A DNA stretch of 64,000 bases from a bacterium (lineage in GTDB: Bacteria; UBA8248): contig OZ244799.1 of NCBI GenBank assembly GCA_965219955.1, positions 1,728,001 through 1,792,000 on the forward strand, in the 5' to 3' direction. The translations under genes were made by a program, and so were the position numbers. Below the pieces are notes generated by a model. It did no database searches. It was not told the DNA's origin and saw only the letters and a list, made by a program, of their open reading frames with translations. Positions 50,755 to 61,015 of the stretch are shown piece after piece. Each line of letters begins with the position of its first letter. The stretch's first letter is position 1.

Positions 50755-51858
50755 ATGCAGGCAGACCTGTTCCGCGTGGCGATGGACTCGCCCGACGACA
50801 TCTCCGGCGTGGCCGCTCTCATCGAGGGGGGCGAATGCCGGGCGGAGGACGTCGTCGGCATCATGGGCAAGACCGAGGGGAACGGCTGCGTGAACGATTT
50901 CTCGCGCGGGTTCAGCAACTTCGTCCTGCTCGATTATTTCTCGCGCGCGATGGGCAAGAGCCGCGAGGAGGTGGAGGCGCAGATCGCCCTCATCATGTCC
51001 GGCGGCACGGAAGGCGTCATGTGCCCGCATTTTTCGGTGTTCACGAAGTCCGAGAACGGCGCGGGCGACGGGCGCGCCAAGCGCCTCGCCATCGCTTCGG
51101 GCCACACGGCGGATTTTTTTCCTGAGGAGATGGGCCGGATGGCGCAGGTGCGCGCGACGGCGGACCTCGTAAGAAGGCTGATGGAAGAGGCGCAGATCGA
51201 GAGCGCGGCGGACCTCCACTTCGTCCAGGTGAAGTGCCCGCTCCTGACGGGCGATCGCATGGCGGACGCCTTGGGGCGCGGGAAGAGCGTCTGCACGGAG
51301 GACACGTATAAATCGATGGGCTACTCGCGCGGGGCGTCTGCGCTGGGGGTGGCCCTGGCGGCGGGCGAGGTGGCCGAAAGCGCGCTTAGCGACGAGGTGA
51401 TTTGTAAGGACTGGTCGCTCCAGTCGGGCGTCGCCTCGACCTCGGCGGGCATCGAGCTCATGTGCAACGAGGCGATGGTGATCGGCAACAGCGCGGCCTG
51501 GGGCGGGGACCTCGTCGTCGGCCACAGCGTCATGGAGGACGCCATCGACAGGGACGCGGTGAGAGACGCCATCGTGAACGCAGGGATAGCGTTCGAGTGG
51601 TCGCTGGCGCCGGCGCAGCGCGCGCGCGTCGTGAACGTGTTCGCCAAGTGCGAGGCCTCCCCCGACGGGCTGGTGCGCGGGCGGCGGCACACGATGCTCG
51701 ACGACTCGGACATCAACAACACGCGCCACGCCCGCTCGGTCGTGAACGCGGTGGTGTCTTCGGTCGTCGGCGACACGATGACCTACGTCTCGGGCGGCGC
51801 CGAGCACCAGGGCCCCCCCGGCGGCGGCCCCGTCGCGGCGGTCGTACGGGCGGGGTAG
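50755..51858 (+). CDS. atzD: Cyanuric acid hydrolase / barbiturase family ring-opening amidohydrolase
   Basis: GKTEGNGCVNDFSRG, MSGGTEG, QVKCPLLT, YSRGASALG, STSAG, YVSGGAEHQGP; the Arg in SRGASALG favours cyanuric acid hydrolase. Confidence 0.9.
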   Translation: MQADLFRVAMDSPDDISGVAALIEGGECRAEDVVGIMGKTEGNGCVNDFSRGFSNFVLLDYFSRAMGKSREEVEAQIALIMSGGTEGVMCPHFSVFTKSENGAGDGRAKRLAIASGHTADFFPEEMGRMAQVRATADLVRRLMEEAQIESAADLHFVQVKCPLLTGDRMADALGRGKSVCTEDTYKSMGYSRGASALGVALAAGEVAESALSDEVICKDWSLQSGVASTSAGIELMCNEAMVIGNSAAWGGDLVVGHSVMEDAIDRDAVRDAIVNAGIAFEWSLAPAQRARVVNVFAKCEASPDGLVRGRRHTMLDDSDINNTRHARSVVNAVVSSVVGDTMTYVSGGAEHQGPPGGGPVAAVVRAG

Positions 51859-52152
51859 GGGCGTCCCTCGATACGGCGCGCAAGCGCGCCTACTCGGGAT
51901 GAGGGTGGAGTGTCTCGTGGGCTGAACCTGACCAACGAGAGAGGGATAAACTCCCCCCTCAAGGGCCTGTTGAAAAAGTCTCGTGGAGCGATTTTGGTTG
52001 AACGCACGCTTTTGAAGTTCACTCCCCCCTTGAGGGGGAGTCGAGGAAGCCGAGCGTTTTGTGCGAAGGCTGACTCGGTGGGGGGTAAAATGCGTTTTAT
52101 CGCCACTCCAATTATACCCCCCACCGAATCGCTTGCGGGCTTACGCCCTTAG

Positions 52153-53887
52153 CCCGGATATTTCACCGAGGCTTTGGAACGGCCTGATTTGAAGTCGTGG
52201 ACGGCTTGATTCGGGAGGCGGCCTTCTTCGTCGGCGCGATACGATGACGCACGGCGCCCGAGCGGCGCTTTTTCGTCGATTTCGAAGGCTTTCGGGGAGT
52301 GCCGGCCGACGCGCAGGCGCAGGTTTCCCGCTGCGGCAACCTATGTCGCTCCGATTCTACGCTCAGTCACTCTCCCCCGCCGTCGGCCAGGGCGGGTGCG
52401 TACGCAGGTTGTTCACTACCTTTTCGAAGAGCGCCGCATGGGGCCAGGCCTCGGAGATAGACAGCCGGACCTTGCGCACGCTGACCCTCACGCGGGCGCC
52501 GATCTTGAGCAGTTTCAGCCGGATCGTTGCGCACTGGGCCCTGGCGCATGTCGTGCCCGCCAGCCCCAGGCGCCGGAGTCCGTGCATCAGGACGTAGGCG
52601 AAGGAGGCGAAGTAGAGCCGCAACTGATTGGCCCTCATGGTGGCGCTGCTGGTGCGGTCGGCGAACAGGCCGAGTTGCTGTTCCTTGATGCGGTTCTCCA
52701 TCTCTCCCCGGGCGCAGTAGAGTTCTTCGTAGAGGCGTCTGGCGCCGGCCCGCCGGGGGCGGAGATTGGTGACCACGAACCGCGGGTTCGCCCCCCTGGG
52801 CAGGTATTGCGCCTTGCCCACCACCCGGCGGGTTCTGGACCAGCTCTTGCGCGTTCGATAGCGGAAGTCGCGATACCGGCGCGCCGGCTCACCCGTGCGG
52901 CGACAGACGACCTCGGCCCGGTAGAGGTCCCGGCCAATCGCCCGCACCAGCCGCGCGTTGCGCGCCATGCCGAACACGTAGCCGACGCCGTTCTCCTCGC
53001 ACCAGCGCATCAACGGCTCGCGGCAAAAACCCGAGTCGCCGCGAACCACGACCCGCGTACGCGGCCAGCGCCTGCGGACCTGCGCCACGATCCGCGCCAA
53101 CTCCTCCTCGCTGCCGGCCGAGGCGTCGACGTTCGAGCGGCGCAGCCGCGCGCACAGCAGATGCGCGCCGCAGAAGACGTAGAGCGGCAGATAACAGTAG
53201 CGGCCGTAATAGCCGTGGAAGAAGCGCCCCTCCTGGCGACCGTGCAGGGGGTCGTCCGTGGCGTCGAGGTCCAGCCATATCTCTTCGGGCGGTTCGGCGT
53301 AAGACTCCATGAACACGTCCACCAGCAGGCGGTCCATCGCCTCGAAGTCCGCAGCGATGCGCTTGTAGCGATCCGTCGCCGCCTCGGCGCCGCCCAACTC
53401 CAGGCGGTTCAGCGTACTCGATGCGGCCAGCGGAGAGCCGCGGTCCCGAAGGCGAACCCGCCCGGCTCCCGTCAGGTCCCGCTTGCCCACCAGCAGCGCC
53501 AGCAACCTGTCGCGGCGCAAATCCTCGTGGTCGTTCAGGTCCTCGTAGCCCAGCGCCAGCGCGTACACCCGCTGCGCCGCCAGCGAGCGCACCGGGTGCT
53601 CCACGCTGCCGGGCTTGCGGCAATCACGAAAACACCGCGCCAGACGAGCCATCAGACCCAGGCGGAGATCCGTCTCGCGAAGCAGCACCCCGCCGGCGTC
53701 CGACGTGATCCGTCCGCCGTCGAATCGGGCGATGACCTCGCGTCTTCCGTGGGGGTGAAAGTGAAGTTGTTCCGGTGTACAATGCGTATCCATGGGGCCT
53801 CTCTGTCGGACGGGTGTAAGTTATTGAGACAACTCACATTATCCGACATTCAGAGGCCCCATGCCATTTGTCGGTGAAATATCCGGG
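52153..53887 (-). mobile_element. IS1380 family insertion sequence
   Basis: 17-bp perfect TIRs CCCGGATATTTCACCGA (52153-52169, 53871-53887), TTAG on both sides. Confidence 0.93.
52363..53793 (-). CDS. IS1380 family transposase
   Basis: FDGGRITSDAG, GYEDLNDH, LDLDATDD, RGDSGF, RGEMENRIKE. Confidence 0.95.
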   Translation of the reverse strand: MDTHCTPEQLHFHPHGRREVIARFDGGRITSDAGGVLLRETDLRLGLMARLARCFRDCRKPGSVEHPVRSLAAQRVYALALGYEDLNDHEDLRRDRLLALLVGKRDLTGAGRVRLRDRGSPLAASSTLNRLELGGAEAATDRYKRIAADFEAMDRLLVDVFMESYAEPPEEIWLDLDATDDPLHGRQEGRFFHGYYGRYCYLPLYVFCGAHLLCARLRRSNVDASAGSEEELARIVAQVRRRWPRTRVVVRGDSGFCREPLMRWCEENGVGYVFGMARNARLVRAIGRDLYRAEVVCRRTGEPARRYRDFRYRTRKSWSRTRRVVGKAQYLPRGANPRFVVTNLRPRRAGARRLYEELYCARGEMENRIKEQQLGLFADRTSSATMRANQLRLYFASFAYVLMHGLRRLGLAGTTCARAQCATIRLKLLKIGARVRVSVRKVRLSISEAWPHAALFEKVVNNLRTHPPWPTAGESD

Positions 53888-53891
53888 TTAG

Positions 53892-55506
53892 CAGCCTGTC
53901 GGGCTTTGGCCTGCCAAGGAGTTCGAAGCACCAATCGTGGGAGTGATTTTCGGGGTTCTTCTCGGTAATCGATTCTTGTTGGCCGGCGATTCGGTGTCAG
54001 GAGCCATGATCGGCCCTCACAGGCCCGGTGGGAGTCATAGCGGCCGGCAACAGGCCACGGGACGAGGGCGTTTATCCTCCGATCACGCCGACTTCAGGTT
54101 GTGCAGACGCTTGCAGTTATAAGCCAGCATCACCAGGACCCACTCGCCCTGCACCTTCTCGAGACCGCGCAAGAGGAACTGCCGGAAGCCCATCGCCTGC
54201 TTGACGATGCCGAACACCGGCTCCACCGTCTGCCGCCGCAGGCGATAACGGGCGCGCTCTTCCGGCTTCGCCATCTTCGCGCGCATCGCCGCAATCCACT
54301 CCGCTCGAACTTCCGGACCTGGCCGGGAAGCCACCGGTGGCCGGAAGTCGTGCCGACGGCGCCCCCCTTCGGCTTGCGTGGCCACCAGAACCTCGACGCC
54401 CCGTCTCTCGAGTTCTTCCACTTCGCTGCCCGTCGCGTAGCCGCTGTCCGCCAACACACGCGCCGGCGCGGCAACCGAAGGCGGAATCGCCTCCACGTCC
54501 GCCACCAGTTCCCCGCGGTCGCTCGCGTTGTTGCTCACACGCGCTCCCAGCACCAACTGGCTGCCTTCGGCATCCACCACCGCCTGCGCGTTGTACGCCT
54601 GGCGATACTCGTGACGCTTGCTCTTGCGCATCAAGGCGCTGTCCCCATCCGTCAGGTTGATCTGCCGCCCCTCTTCGGGCTTCTCCCGAGGGGGCTTGAT
54701 GCGCGGACCCTTCCTCCGACCTGAACGGCGCTCCCGAGACGCCGCCTTGCGTTCATATTCCGCCCGACCCGCCTCGGCCGACCTCTTCGCGCGGCGCTCC
54801 AGTTCCGCGCACGCCGCATCCAGCTTCGACTTCAACTCCTCGCGACGCGCCAACTCCTCCGGCAGCGCCTGCGGATCCCCTACCTCCTGCGCATCTTCGC
54901 TCTCCGCACGCTCCAGCAACTCCTCGACCTCTCCGCGCAATTGAGAGCCCAACGCCTGCGCACGGTCATACCGGACGTTGTTGTGCTTGCTCGCGTTCGC
55001 GTCCACCTTCGTCCCGTCCACGCTCACCGTCCCGACCCGCAACAACTTCAACTCCTTCGCCAGCAGCAAAACCTGCTCGAACGTCTCCGCTATCGCCTCG
55101 AAGTTATCGCGACGGAACGCGCAGATCGTGTCGTGGTCCGGGTGTGTGTTCGACGCCACGTATCGAACCCCGATATCCCGGTACGTCGCGCGCTCGATCC
55201 GGCGCGAACCGAATATCCCGTTCGCGTAGCAGTAAATCAGCAGCGCCAGCATCATCCGGGGATGGTACTGCGCTGAACCCGTGCCGCGCTCGTTCACGCG
55301 GAATGACCCCAGAGGCACCCGTTCCACCGCCTCCACTACGAAGTGCGCCAGATCGTCCTCCGGCAACCACTCCCGCATGTCCACAGGAAGAAGATACAAC
55401 TGCGACTGATTACAATCTACAAACTTCGCCACCCCAATCCCCTCCCTTAAAAATACCTCGCGAGAACGACATATTATAAAAGGTAGGGCCTAAGTCCGAC
55501 AGGCTG
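53892..55506 (-). mobile_element. IS1182 family insertion sequence
   Basis: 20-bp TIRs CAGCCTGTCGGRCTTWGGCC with 2 mismatches, TTAG on both sides. Confidence 0.9.
54083..55432 (-). CDS. IS1182 family transposase
   Basis: YHPRMMLALLIY, PDHDTICAFR, VDGTKVDANAS, YNAQ, ADSGY, VEPVFGIVK. Confidence 0.95.
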   Translation of the reverse strand: MAKFVDCNQSQLYLLPVDMREWLPEDDLAHFVVEAVERVPLGSFRVNERGTGSAQYHPRMMLALLIYCYANGIFGSRRIERATYRDIGVRYVASNTHPDHDTICAFRRDNFEAIAETFEQVLLLAKELKLLRVGTVSVDGTKVDANASKHNNVRYDRAQALGSQLRGEVEELLERAESEDAQEVGDPQALPEELARREELKSKLDAACAELERRAKRSAEAGRAEYERKAASRERRSGRRKGPRIKPPREKPEEGRQINLTDGDSALMRKSKRHEYRQAYNAQAVVDAEGSQLVLGARVSNNASDRGELVADVEAIPPSVAAPARVLADSGYATGSEVEELERRGVEVLVATQAEGGRRRHDFRPPVASRPGPEVRAEWIAAMRAKMAKPEERARYRLRRQTVEPVFGIVKQAMGFRQFLLRGLEKVQGEWVLVMLAYNCKRLHNLKSA

Positions 55507-55611
55507 TTAGCTCTTCGACTCCCCCTCAAGGGGGGAGTTTATCTCTTTCGTCGGTGGAGAATTCCCTCAAGGGGGGAGTGATTGCATATCTCGCTGGTGG
55601 TGGTCTTTCCC

Positions 55612-56676
55612 CTACCCCGCCCTCACGCTCCGCCGCGCCTGCACGAACACGACCGTGAGGACGATGATGGCCTGGAAGACGAACACGGCCGCGCCGGGGA
55701 GGCCGATGCTGCGCTGTAAGGAATCGGACCCCGAGACGAGGACGGCGAACACGGCGGCGGCTATGGTGACGCCGAGCGGGTTGTTGCGCCCGATGACGGC
55801 GATGAGGATGGCCATCGCCCCGTAGTTGGGCGCGCCCTCCGCCCCGCTGATGCCCAACAACAGGCTCTGGTGGAAGCCCGAGACCTCGATGGCGCCCGCG
55901 AGGCCCGAGAGCGCGCCGCAGGTCGGCATGATGATGAGCGTGACGCGCGCGACGTTGATGCCGCCGAAGCGCGCGGCGCGCGGGTTGTCGCCCACCGCGC
56001 GTATCTCGTAGCCCGCGATGGTGCGCGTCATGAAGAAGTACATGCCGACCGCGGCCGCCAGCGCGATGAGGAAGCCCGCGTGCGCGCCGGCCCTCGGCAT
56101 CACCTGGGGCAGCACGGAGGCGTCGGGGATCGGGAGCGAGATGGCCTCGCCCGCCAGCGGGTCGTTCCAGGGGCCGTTGGCGAGGTAGTCGACCAGATAG
56201 AGCGCGACGAAGTTCAGCATGACCGTCACGAATATCTCGCTGACCTGAAAGCGCACGCGCAGGATGCCGGGGATGAAGCCCCAGAACCAGCCTCCCAGGA
56301 TGCCGCCCAGAAGGCCCAGCGGGACGAATACCGGCCAGGGGAGGTTCATGCCCTCGAGCGCGAAGGCCACGCCCGTCATGCCGATCGCGCCCGCGTATAT
56401 CTGCCCGTCCACGCCGATGTTGAAGTGGCCGCCGCGCATCCCGAAGGCCACCGCGAGCGAGGCGAGGAGCAGCGGGCAGAACTTGTTGAGCGTCTGCGCG
56501 AACCCGCCCCACGTGCCCAGCGAGGAGCGAAGCACCGTGCCGAGCGCGACGAGCACGTCGCCGCCGAAGGCGACGATGAAGACGGCCCCGCACGCGAGCG
56601 CCAGCGCCCCCGCCGCCGCGTAGGTGACGGCGAACTCGATCGCCATTTTTTTCCGCTCGCTCACGCCCGCCGCCAT
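55612..56676 (-). CDS. ABC transporter permease (nucleoside/purine type)
   Basis: FNIGVDGQ, EIFVTVMLN, GYEIRAVGDNPRAARFGGI. Confidence 0.92.
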   Translation of the reverse strand: MAAGVSERKKMAIEFAVTYAAAGALALACGAVFIVAFGGDVLVALGTVLRSSLGTWGGFAQTLNKFCPLLLASLAVAFGMRGGHFNIGVDGQIYAGAIGMTGVAFALEGMNLPWPVFVPLGLLGGILGGWFWGFIPGILRVRFQVSEIFVTVMLNFVALYLVDYLANGPWNDPLAGEAISLPIPDASVLPQVMPRAGAHAGFLIALAAAVGMYFFMTRTIAGYEIRAVGDNPRAARFGGINVARVTLIIMPTCGALSGLAGAIEVSGFHQSLLLGISGAEGAPNYGAMAILIAVIGRNNPLGVTIAAAVFAVLVSGSDSLQRSIGLPGAAVFVFQAIIVLTVVFVQARRSVRAG

Positions 56677-56677
56677 G

Positions 56678-58225
56678 TCAGGACACCTCTTCTCTGTGGC
56701 CCGCCATGAGCGCGCCTATCCGGTAGATGTCGTATTCGGGGCCGTCGAAGGCGCCCAGAATCTCGCCCGCGTAGATGACGACGATGCGGTCGCTCATCTG
56801 GCAGAGCTCGTCGAGGTCTTCCGATATCAGCAGCACGCCCGCGCCGCCCGCGCGAAGCTCGCGCAGCCTGCCGTGCACGAACGAGGCGGCCATGACGTCC
56901 AGCCCGCGCGTGGGGTTGTTCGCGATCATCACCTTCCCGCCCGTCTTGTGGGCGAGCATGACCGCGCGCGCCACGATGGTCTTCTGGATGTTCCCCCCCG
57001 AGAGGTGCGCGGCCGGCACGTGCTCGTTCCTGGCCAGGATGTTGAACTCCGCGATGGCGTTCCTGCCGAGCTCATGAGCGGCCTCGCGCTCGAACACGCC
57101 GCGCCGCCTGAAGATGTGCGGGTGCAGGCCGAGCACGAAATTCTCGGCCAGGCTCAGGCCCGGCAGAATGCCCTCCTCTATCCTGTCCTGCGGCAGGAGG
57201 CTCATCCCCCGCGCGATGCGCCCGGCCACCGAGAGGTTTGATACTTCTTCGCCGTCGATATGGACCTCGCCTTCTTCCGTTTCGATGAGCCCGGCCAGGG
57301 CTTCCGCCAGCTCTTTCTGGCCGTTTCCCGAGATGCCCGCCATGCCGACGATGAGCCCCCGGGGGACGTCGAAGGCGACGCCCCTGATTGGAACCCCCCA
57401 TTTCCCGGAAGTACGCACTCCCCGCACCGAAAGCGCGGGACCCCCCTCTCTGGCCGCCGAGGGTCCGGTCGGCCGCTCGCCCTCGGGAGGCATCCCGCGC
57501 TCGCCCATCATCATCTGCACCAGCCTGTCGCGGGTGGCCTCCTGGCGCGAGATCGTGTCGATCTTCAGCCCGCCGCGGAACACGGTGATCCGGTCGCAGT
57601 TGTCCAGGACCTCCTGGATCTTGTGCGTGATGAAGACGACCGTCAGCCCCCCCTTGGCGAAGGATTTCAGGATCGAGAACAGCCCGTCCACCTCGTGGGG
57701 GGTGAGCATGGTCGTCGGCTCGTCCAGGATCAGGATGTCCGCGCCGTGGTAGAGCGCCTTCAGGATTTCGACCTTCTGCTGAATGCCCGCGGGCAGGGTT
57801 TTCACCCCCTCATCCAGCGGGATGGAGAGGCCGTAATTCGCCGCAAGTTCCTCCACGGAGCTGCGCCGGGCCTCGACGTCGAGCTTCCAGCGCGAACCCT
57901 CGCGCCCGAGCAGGATGTTCTCTAGCGCCGTGAAGTTGCCGATCAGCTCCACGTGCTGGTGAACCATCCCGACGCCGACCGCGATCGCATCCTGGGGCGA
58001 GTGGATATCCACCTCGCGCCCGTCGATCGCGATTCGGCCCTCGTCCATGCGGTAGAGGCCGCTCAGGATGTTCATGAGCGTCGTCTTGCCCGCGCCGTTC
58101 TCCCCCAGGAGGGCGTGGATCTCCCCCTTGGCGGCCTCGAAGTCCACCGCGCCCAGGGCGCGGACCTCCCCGAAGGACTTGCTGACGCCGTGCATCTCGA
58201 CGCAGGCGGCGGTTTTTTCCGTCAT
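56678..58225 (-). CDS. ABC transporter ATP-binding protein (dual NBD, sugar/nucleoside type)
   Basis: GENGAGKTT, ILDEPT, LSGGNIQK, PTRGLD. Confidence 0.95.
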   Translation of the reverse strand: MTEKTAACVEMHGVSKSFGEVRALGAVDFEAAKGEIHALLGENGAGKTTLMNILSGLYRMDEGRIAIDGREVDIHSPQDAIAVGVGMVHQHVELIGNFTALENILLGREGSRWKLDVEARRSSVEELAANYGLSIPLDEGVKTLPAGIQQKVEILKALYHGADILILDEPTTMLTPHEVDGLFSILKSFAKGGLTVVFITHKIQEVLDNCDRITVFRGGLKIDTISRQEATRDRLVQMMMGERGMPPEGERPTGPSAAREGGPALSVRGVRTSGKWGVPIRGVAFDVPRGLIVGMAGISGNGQKELAEALAGLIETEEGEVHIDGEEVSNLSVAGRIARGMSLLPQDRIEEGILPGLSLAENFVLGLHPHIFRRRGVFEREAAHELGRNAIAEFNILARNEHVPAAHLSGGNIQKTIVARAVMLAHKTGGKVMIANNPTRGLDVMAASFVHGRLRELRAGGAGVLLISEDLDELCQMSDRIVVIYAGEILGAFDGPEYDIYRIGALMAGHREEVS

Positions 58226-58280
58226 AACGCCTTCCGTTCCGACGCCCCGCCCCGCTCGGGGGACGGGGCGCTCACATGCC

Positions 58281-59282
58281 CTATTTCGCCAGCATGACCT
58301 TCTTCATTTCCAGCCGGGGTTTGATCTTCCCGGCCAGTACTTGTTCATACGCCTCCTTGGTTCTTTTCATGGCCTCGGCCGATACGTTGCCCAAAGAGGT
58401 GATCTCGAATCCGACCCCGAGTTTCATGGGCACGTAGCCTCCGGGCGATCCTTTCAGGATTCCCGCCAGGGCTTTCTGGTAGGGAGGCCGGAAATCGATG
58501 ATCAGCGTGCCGGCGAAGTGCTTGGGCGCCTTGTCCGTCTTGTCGGTGTAGAACGTGGTGACCAGCACCTTGCGCTTCGACTTCTTGGCGGCCTCGACGA
58601 CGCCGTACACGCCCAGGTTCACCATGTTGATGATGAAGTCGACGCCGTTCGCGATCATGGCGTCGGCGGTCTGGCGCGCCTTGACCGGATCGTTCTGGTT
58701 TCCGGTGAAGGCGTAGGTGAGTTGCGCCTTGGGGTTGGTCGCCTTGAGCGCATCCGAGATGGTGTTGATGGAAGCCTTGAAGTCCGGAAGCGGGATTCCC
58801 GCGATGACGCTCACCTTGTTCGTCTTCGTGGCGAGGCCGGCCAGCACGCCGAAGGGATAGAAGGCCTCGAAATAGTGTCGGTGAATGTTCCAGACGTTCT
58901 TGGGAACCTTGAATTTTCCGGAACTCTCCATCACGAACGTCACTTCGGGAAACTTAGGCGCCAGCTTCTGTACGAGCCGGACGTACTGCCCGCCGTGGAA
59001 GCCGATGATGGTGAAGCCCGAGGAGATGTACTCGCGCGCCACCCGCTCGGCGTCCGCGGGTGAGATGCGCTCGGAGTAGGAGGTTTCGATCTTGAACCTC
59101 TTCTTGATGTCCTGGGCGACTTCATAGCCCCGGAAGTTGTAGTCCGCATCCTCGATGGGTCCCGGCAGGATGATGGCGAACTTGTGGGCCTTCGCGGCGA
59201 GCGCCTGGCCGGGTGCGATCAGGGCAAGGGCTGCGAGCGCGGCGGCGGCGAAGAACAATCGGCGTGTCCATTTCGTTTTCAT
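58281..59282 (-). CDS. BMP family ABC substrate-binding protein
   Basis: Signal peptide; PGPIEDADYN, FTGNQNDPVKA; lies between permease and ATPase genes. Confidence 0.85.
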   Translation of the reverse strand: MKTKWTRRLFFAAAALAALALIAPGQALAAKAHKFAIILPGPIEDADYNFRGYEVAQDIKKRFKIETSYSERISPADAERVAREYISSGFTIIGFHGGQYVRLVQKLAPKFPEVTFVMESSGKFKVPKNVWNIHRHYFEAFYPFGVLAGLATKTNKVSVIAGIPLPDFKASINTISDALKATNPKAQLTYAFTGNQNDPVKARQTADAMIANGVDFIINMVNLGVYGVVEAAKKSKRKVLVTTFYTDKTDKAPKHFAGTLIIDFRPPYQKALAGILKGSPGGYVPMKLGVGFEITSLGNVSAEAMKRTKEAYEQVLAGKIKPRLEMKKVMLAK

Positions 59283-59327
59283 TTCACACTCCTCCTTGAT
59301 GAGAAAGCACGATTGCCCGGACATGGA

Positions 59328-60269
59328 TCAATCCCGGGCTTCACGGTCGTATGGCCTCGTGAGCGCGCGCGGGCTTTCGGCGCCCCGCGCGACCTGGACC
59401 AGAACTATCATGGCGAACACGTACGGCAGCATCAGCAAAAACTGCGGCGGTATGATCTTCGCGTATTGCGGCAGGGCGTTCACCTTGAACTGGAAGGCGT
59501 CCACATAGGCGAAGAGCAGCGCGCCGACGAACGACCATACCGGCACCCAGCGTCCGAAGATCACCAGCATCAGGGCGAGCCACCCTCTTCCGTTCACGAT
59601 GTTGTCCGTGAACGAGCCCGAGATCACGAGCGGCAGGTATGCGCCCGCCACGCCCAGAAACAGCCCGCCCACCGCACACGCGCCGTAGCGCATGCGGGCG
59701 ACGTCTATCCCCACCGTATCCGCCGCGCGGGGGTTCTCCCCGCAGGCGCGCAGCCTCAGGCCCAGCGGCGTCTTGAAGAGGAAGAAACTCACCGCCGCGA
59801 CGAGGAAATAGGACAGATAGACGAGTCCGTTCTGTGCGAAGAAAATCTCGCCGATGAAGGGAATGCTCCCCAGGAGCGGGATGTGTATCTCCTTTAACGT
59901 CGGCACCTGGGGAATGGACTGCACGACGCCCACCGCCAGCCGGTAGATGGTGGGCGATATCCCCAGCCCCAGGACGAATATCCCCAGCCCGATGACGATC
60001 TGGTTCGCCCGCAGGGTGATGGAAAAATACGCCAGAAGCAGCGTGAGGACGCTCCCCGAGAGCGCCGCGACCATGCAGCCGATGATCGCACTGCCCGAGT
60101 AGTAGGTGAGCAGAAAGCCCGTCACCGAGCCGAGCGTCACGACCCCCTCGATGCCGACGTTCAGAATCCCCGAGCGCTCGATGATGGTCTCGCCCAGGCA
60201 CGCGATGATGAGCGGCGCCATCATGAGCATCGTGAGCTGGAAAAGGGATATGTCGAACAAGAGGGACAA
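59328..60269 (-). CDS. ABC transporter permease (nucleoside/purine type)
   Basis: ERSGILNVGIEG, GLRLRACGENP, GRGWLAL, MLPY; TTG start with GGGGAG RBS. Confidence 0.92.
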   Translation of the reverse strand: MSLLFDISLFQLTMLMMAPLIIACLGETIIERSGILNVGIEGVVTLGSVTGFLLTYYSGSAIIGCMVAALSGSVLTLLLAYFSITLRANQIVIGLGIFVLGLGISPTIYRLAVGVVQSIPQVPTLKEIHIPLLGSIPFIGEIFFAQNGLVYLSYFLVAAVSFFLFKTPLGLRLRACGENPRAADTVGIDVARMRYGACAVGGLFLGVAGAYLPLVISGSFTDNIVNGRGWLALMLVIFGRWVPVWSFVGALLFAYVDAFQFKVNALPQYAKIIPPQFLLMLPYVFAMIVLVQVARGAESPRALTRPYDREARD

Positions 60270-60499
60270 GAAGGCGCACTCCCCGCGTGTGGCGTGAAAA
60301 TGTGAAAACTCGTCTCCGTACATCGCTGCCCGGGAGACGGGATATATTATCCTTGTCGCTTTCCGCCAGTATGCCTCATGCATACCCAAATTCAAAATAT
60401 GCAGGTTTCATGTTTCCGGCGTGTAACGTGATTACGCGGCGTTCCGCTCGTGTTTCGGGAGCGGCTCGCTCCCCTCGCCCTGTTTGGTCCCTGTGTTGA

Positions 60500-60930
60500 C
60501 CTCACCCTGAGTAGCCGCCGAAGGCGGCGTATCGAAGGGCGGCCCCAATTGAACAATGAGGGATTGCTCCGAGCCCGTCGAGAGAAGCGACCCTCTTCTT
60601 GGCTGGCAATCGCTCCCGCATTGGGGCTGTTGAAAAAGCCCGGAACTCTGGATTTGTCGTATGTAACCGACCGACGAGAGAGAAAAATCACTCCCCCTCA
60701 AGGGGTTGTTGAAAAACCCTGTTTTGGGGTCGGCGGCATGGAGGTTCACGCGGCGCAGGCGCGATGGTTTTGTAGGGACAGGCCTCCGCGCCTGTCCTCA
60801 CGAAGGACAACCACGAAAGGCAGGACAGGCACGGAGGCCTGTCCCTACGGGCGAATGCAGTTTTGATCGTCATTCCGGCAATCAATGCCGACCGAGGAGG
60901 GGTTTTTCAACAGCTACCCTTGAGGGGGAT
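60500..60930. repeat. Repeat cluster including second copy of the ~230-bp composite element at 43153-43388
   Basis: 60690-60914 is near-identical to 43141-43385. Confidence 0.88.
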
Positions 60931-61015
60931 GTGTAGGTCGATGGGGTGGACGCCTCCTTCCGGCGGATTAGAATGTGGCGAGACGACGTCACACACCGCC
61001 CGGAAGGAGACGACC

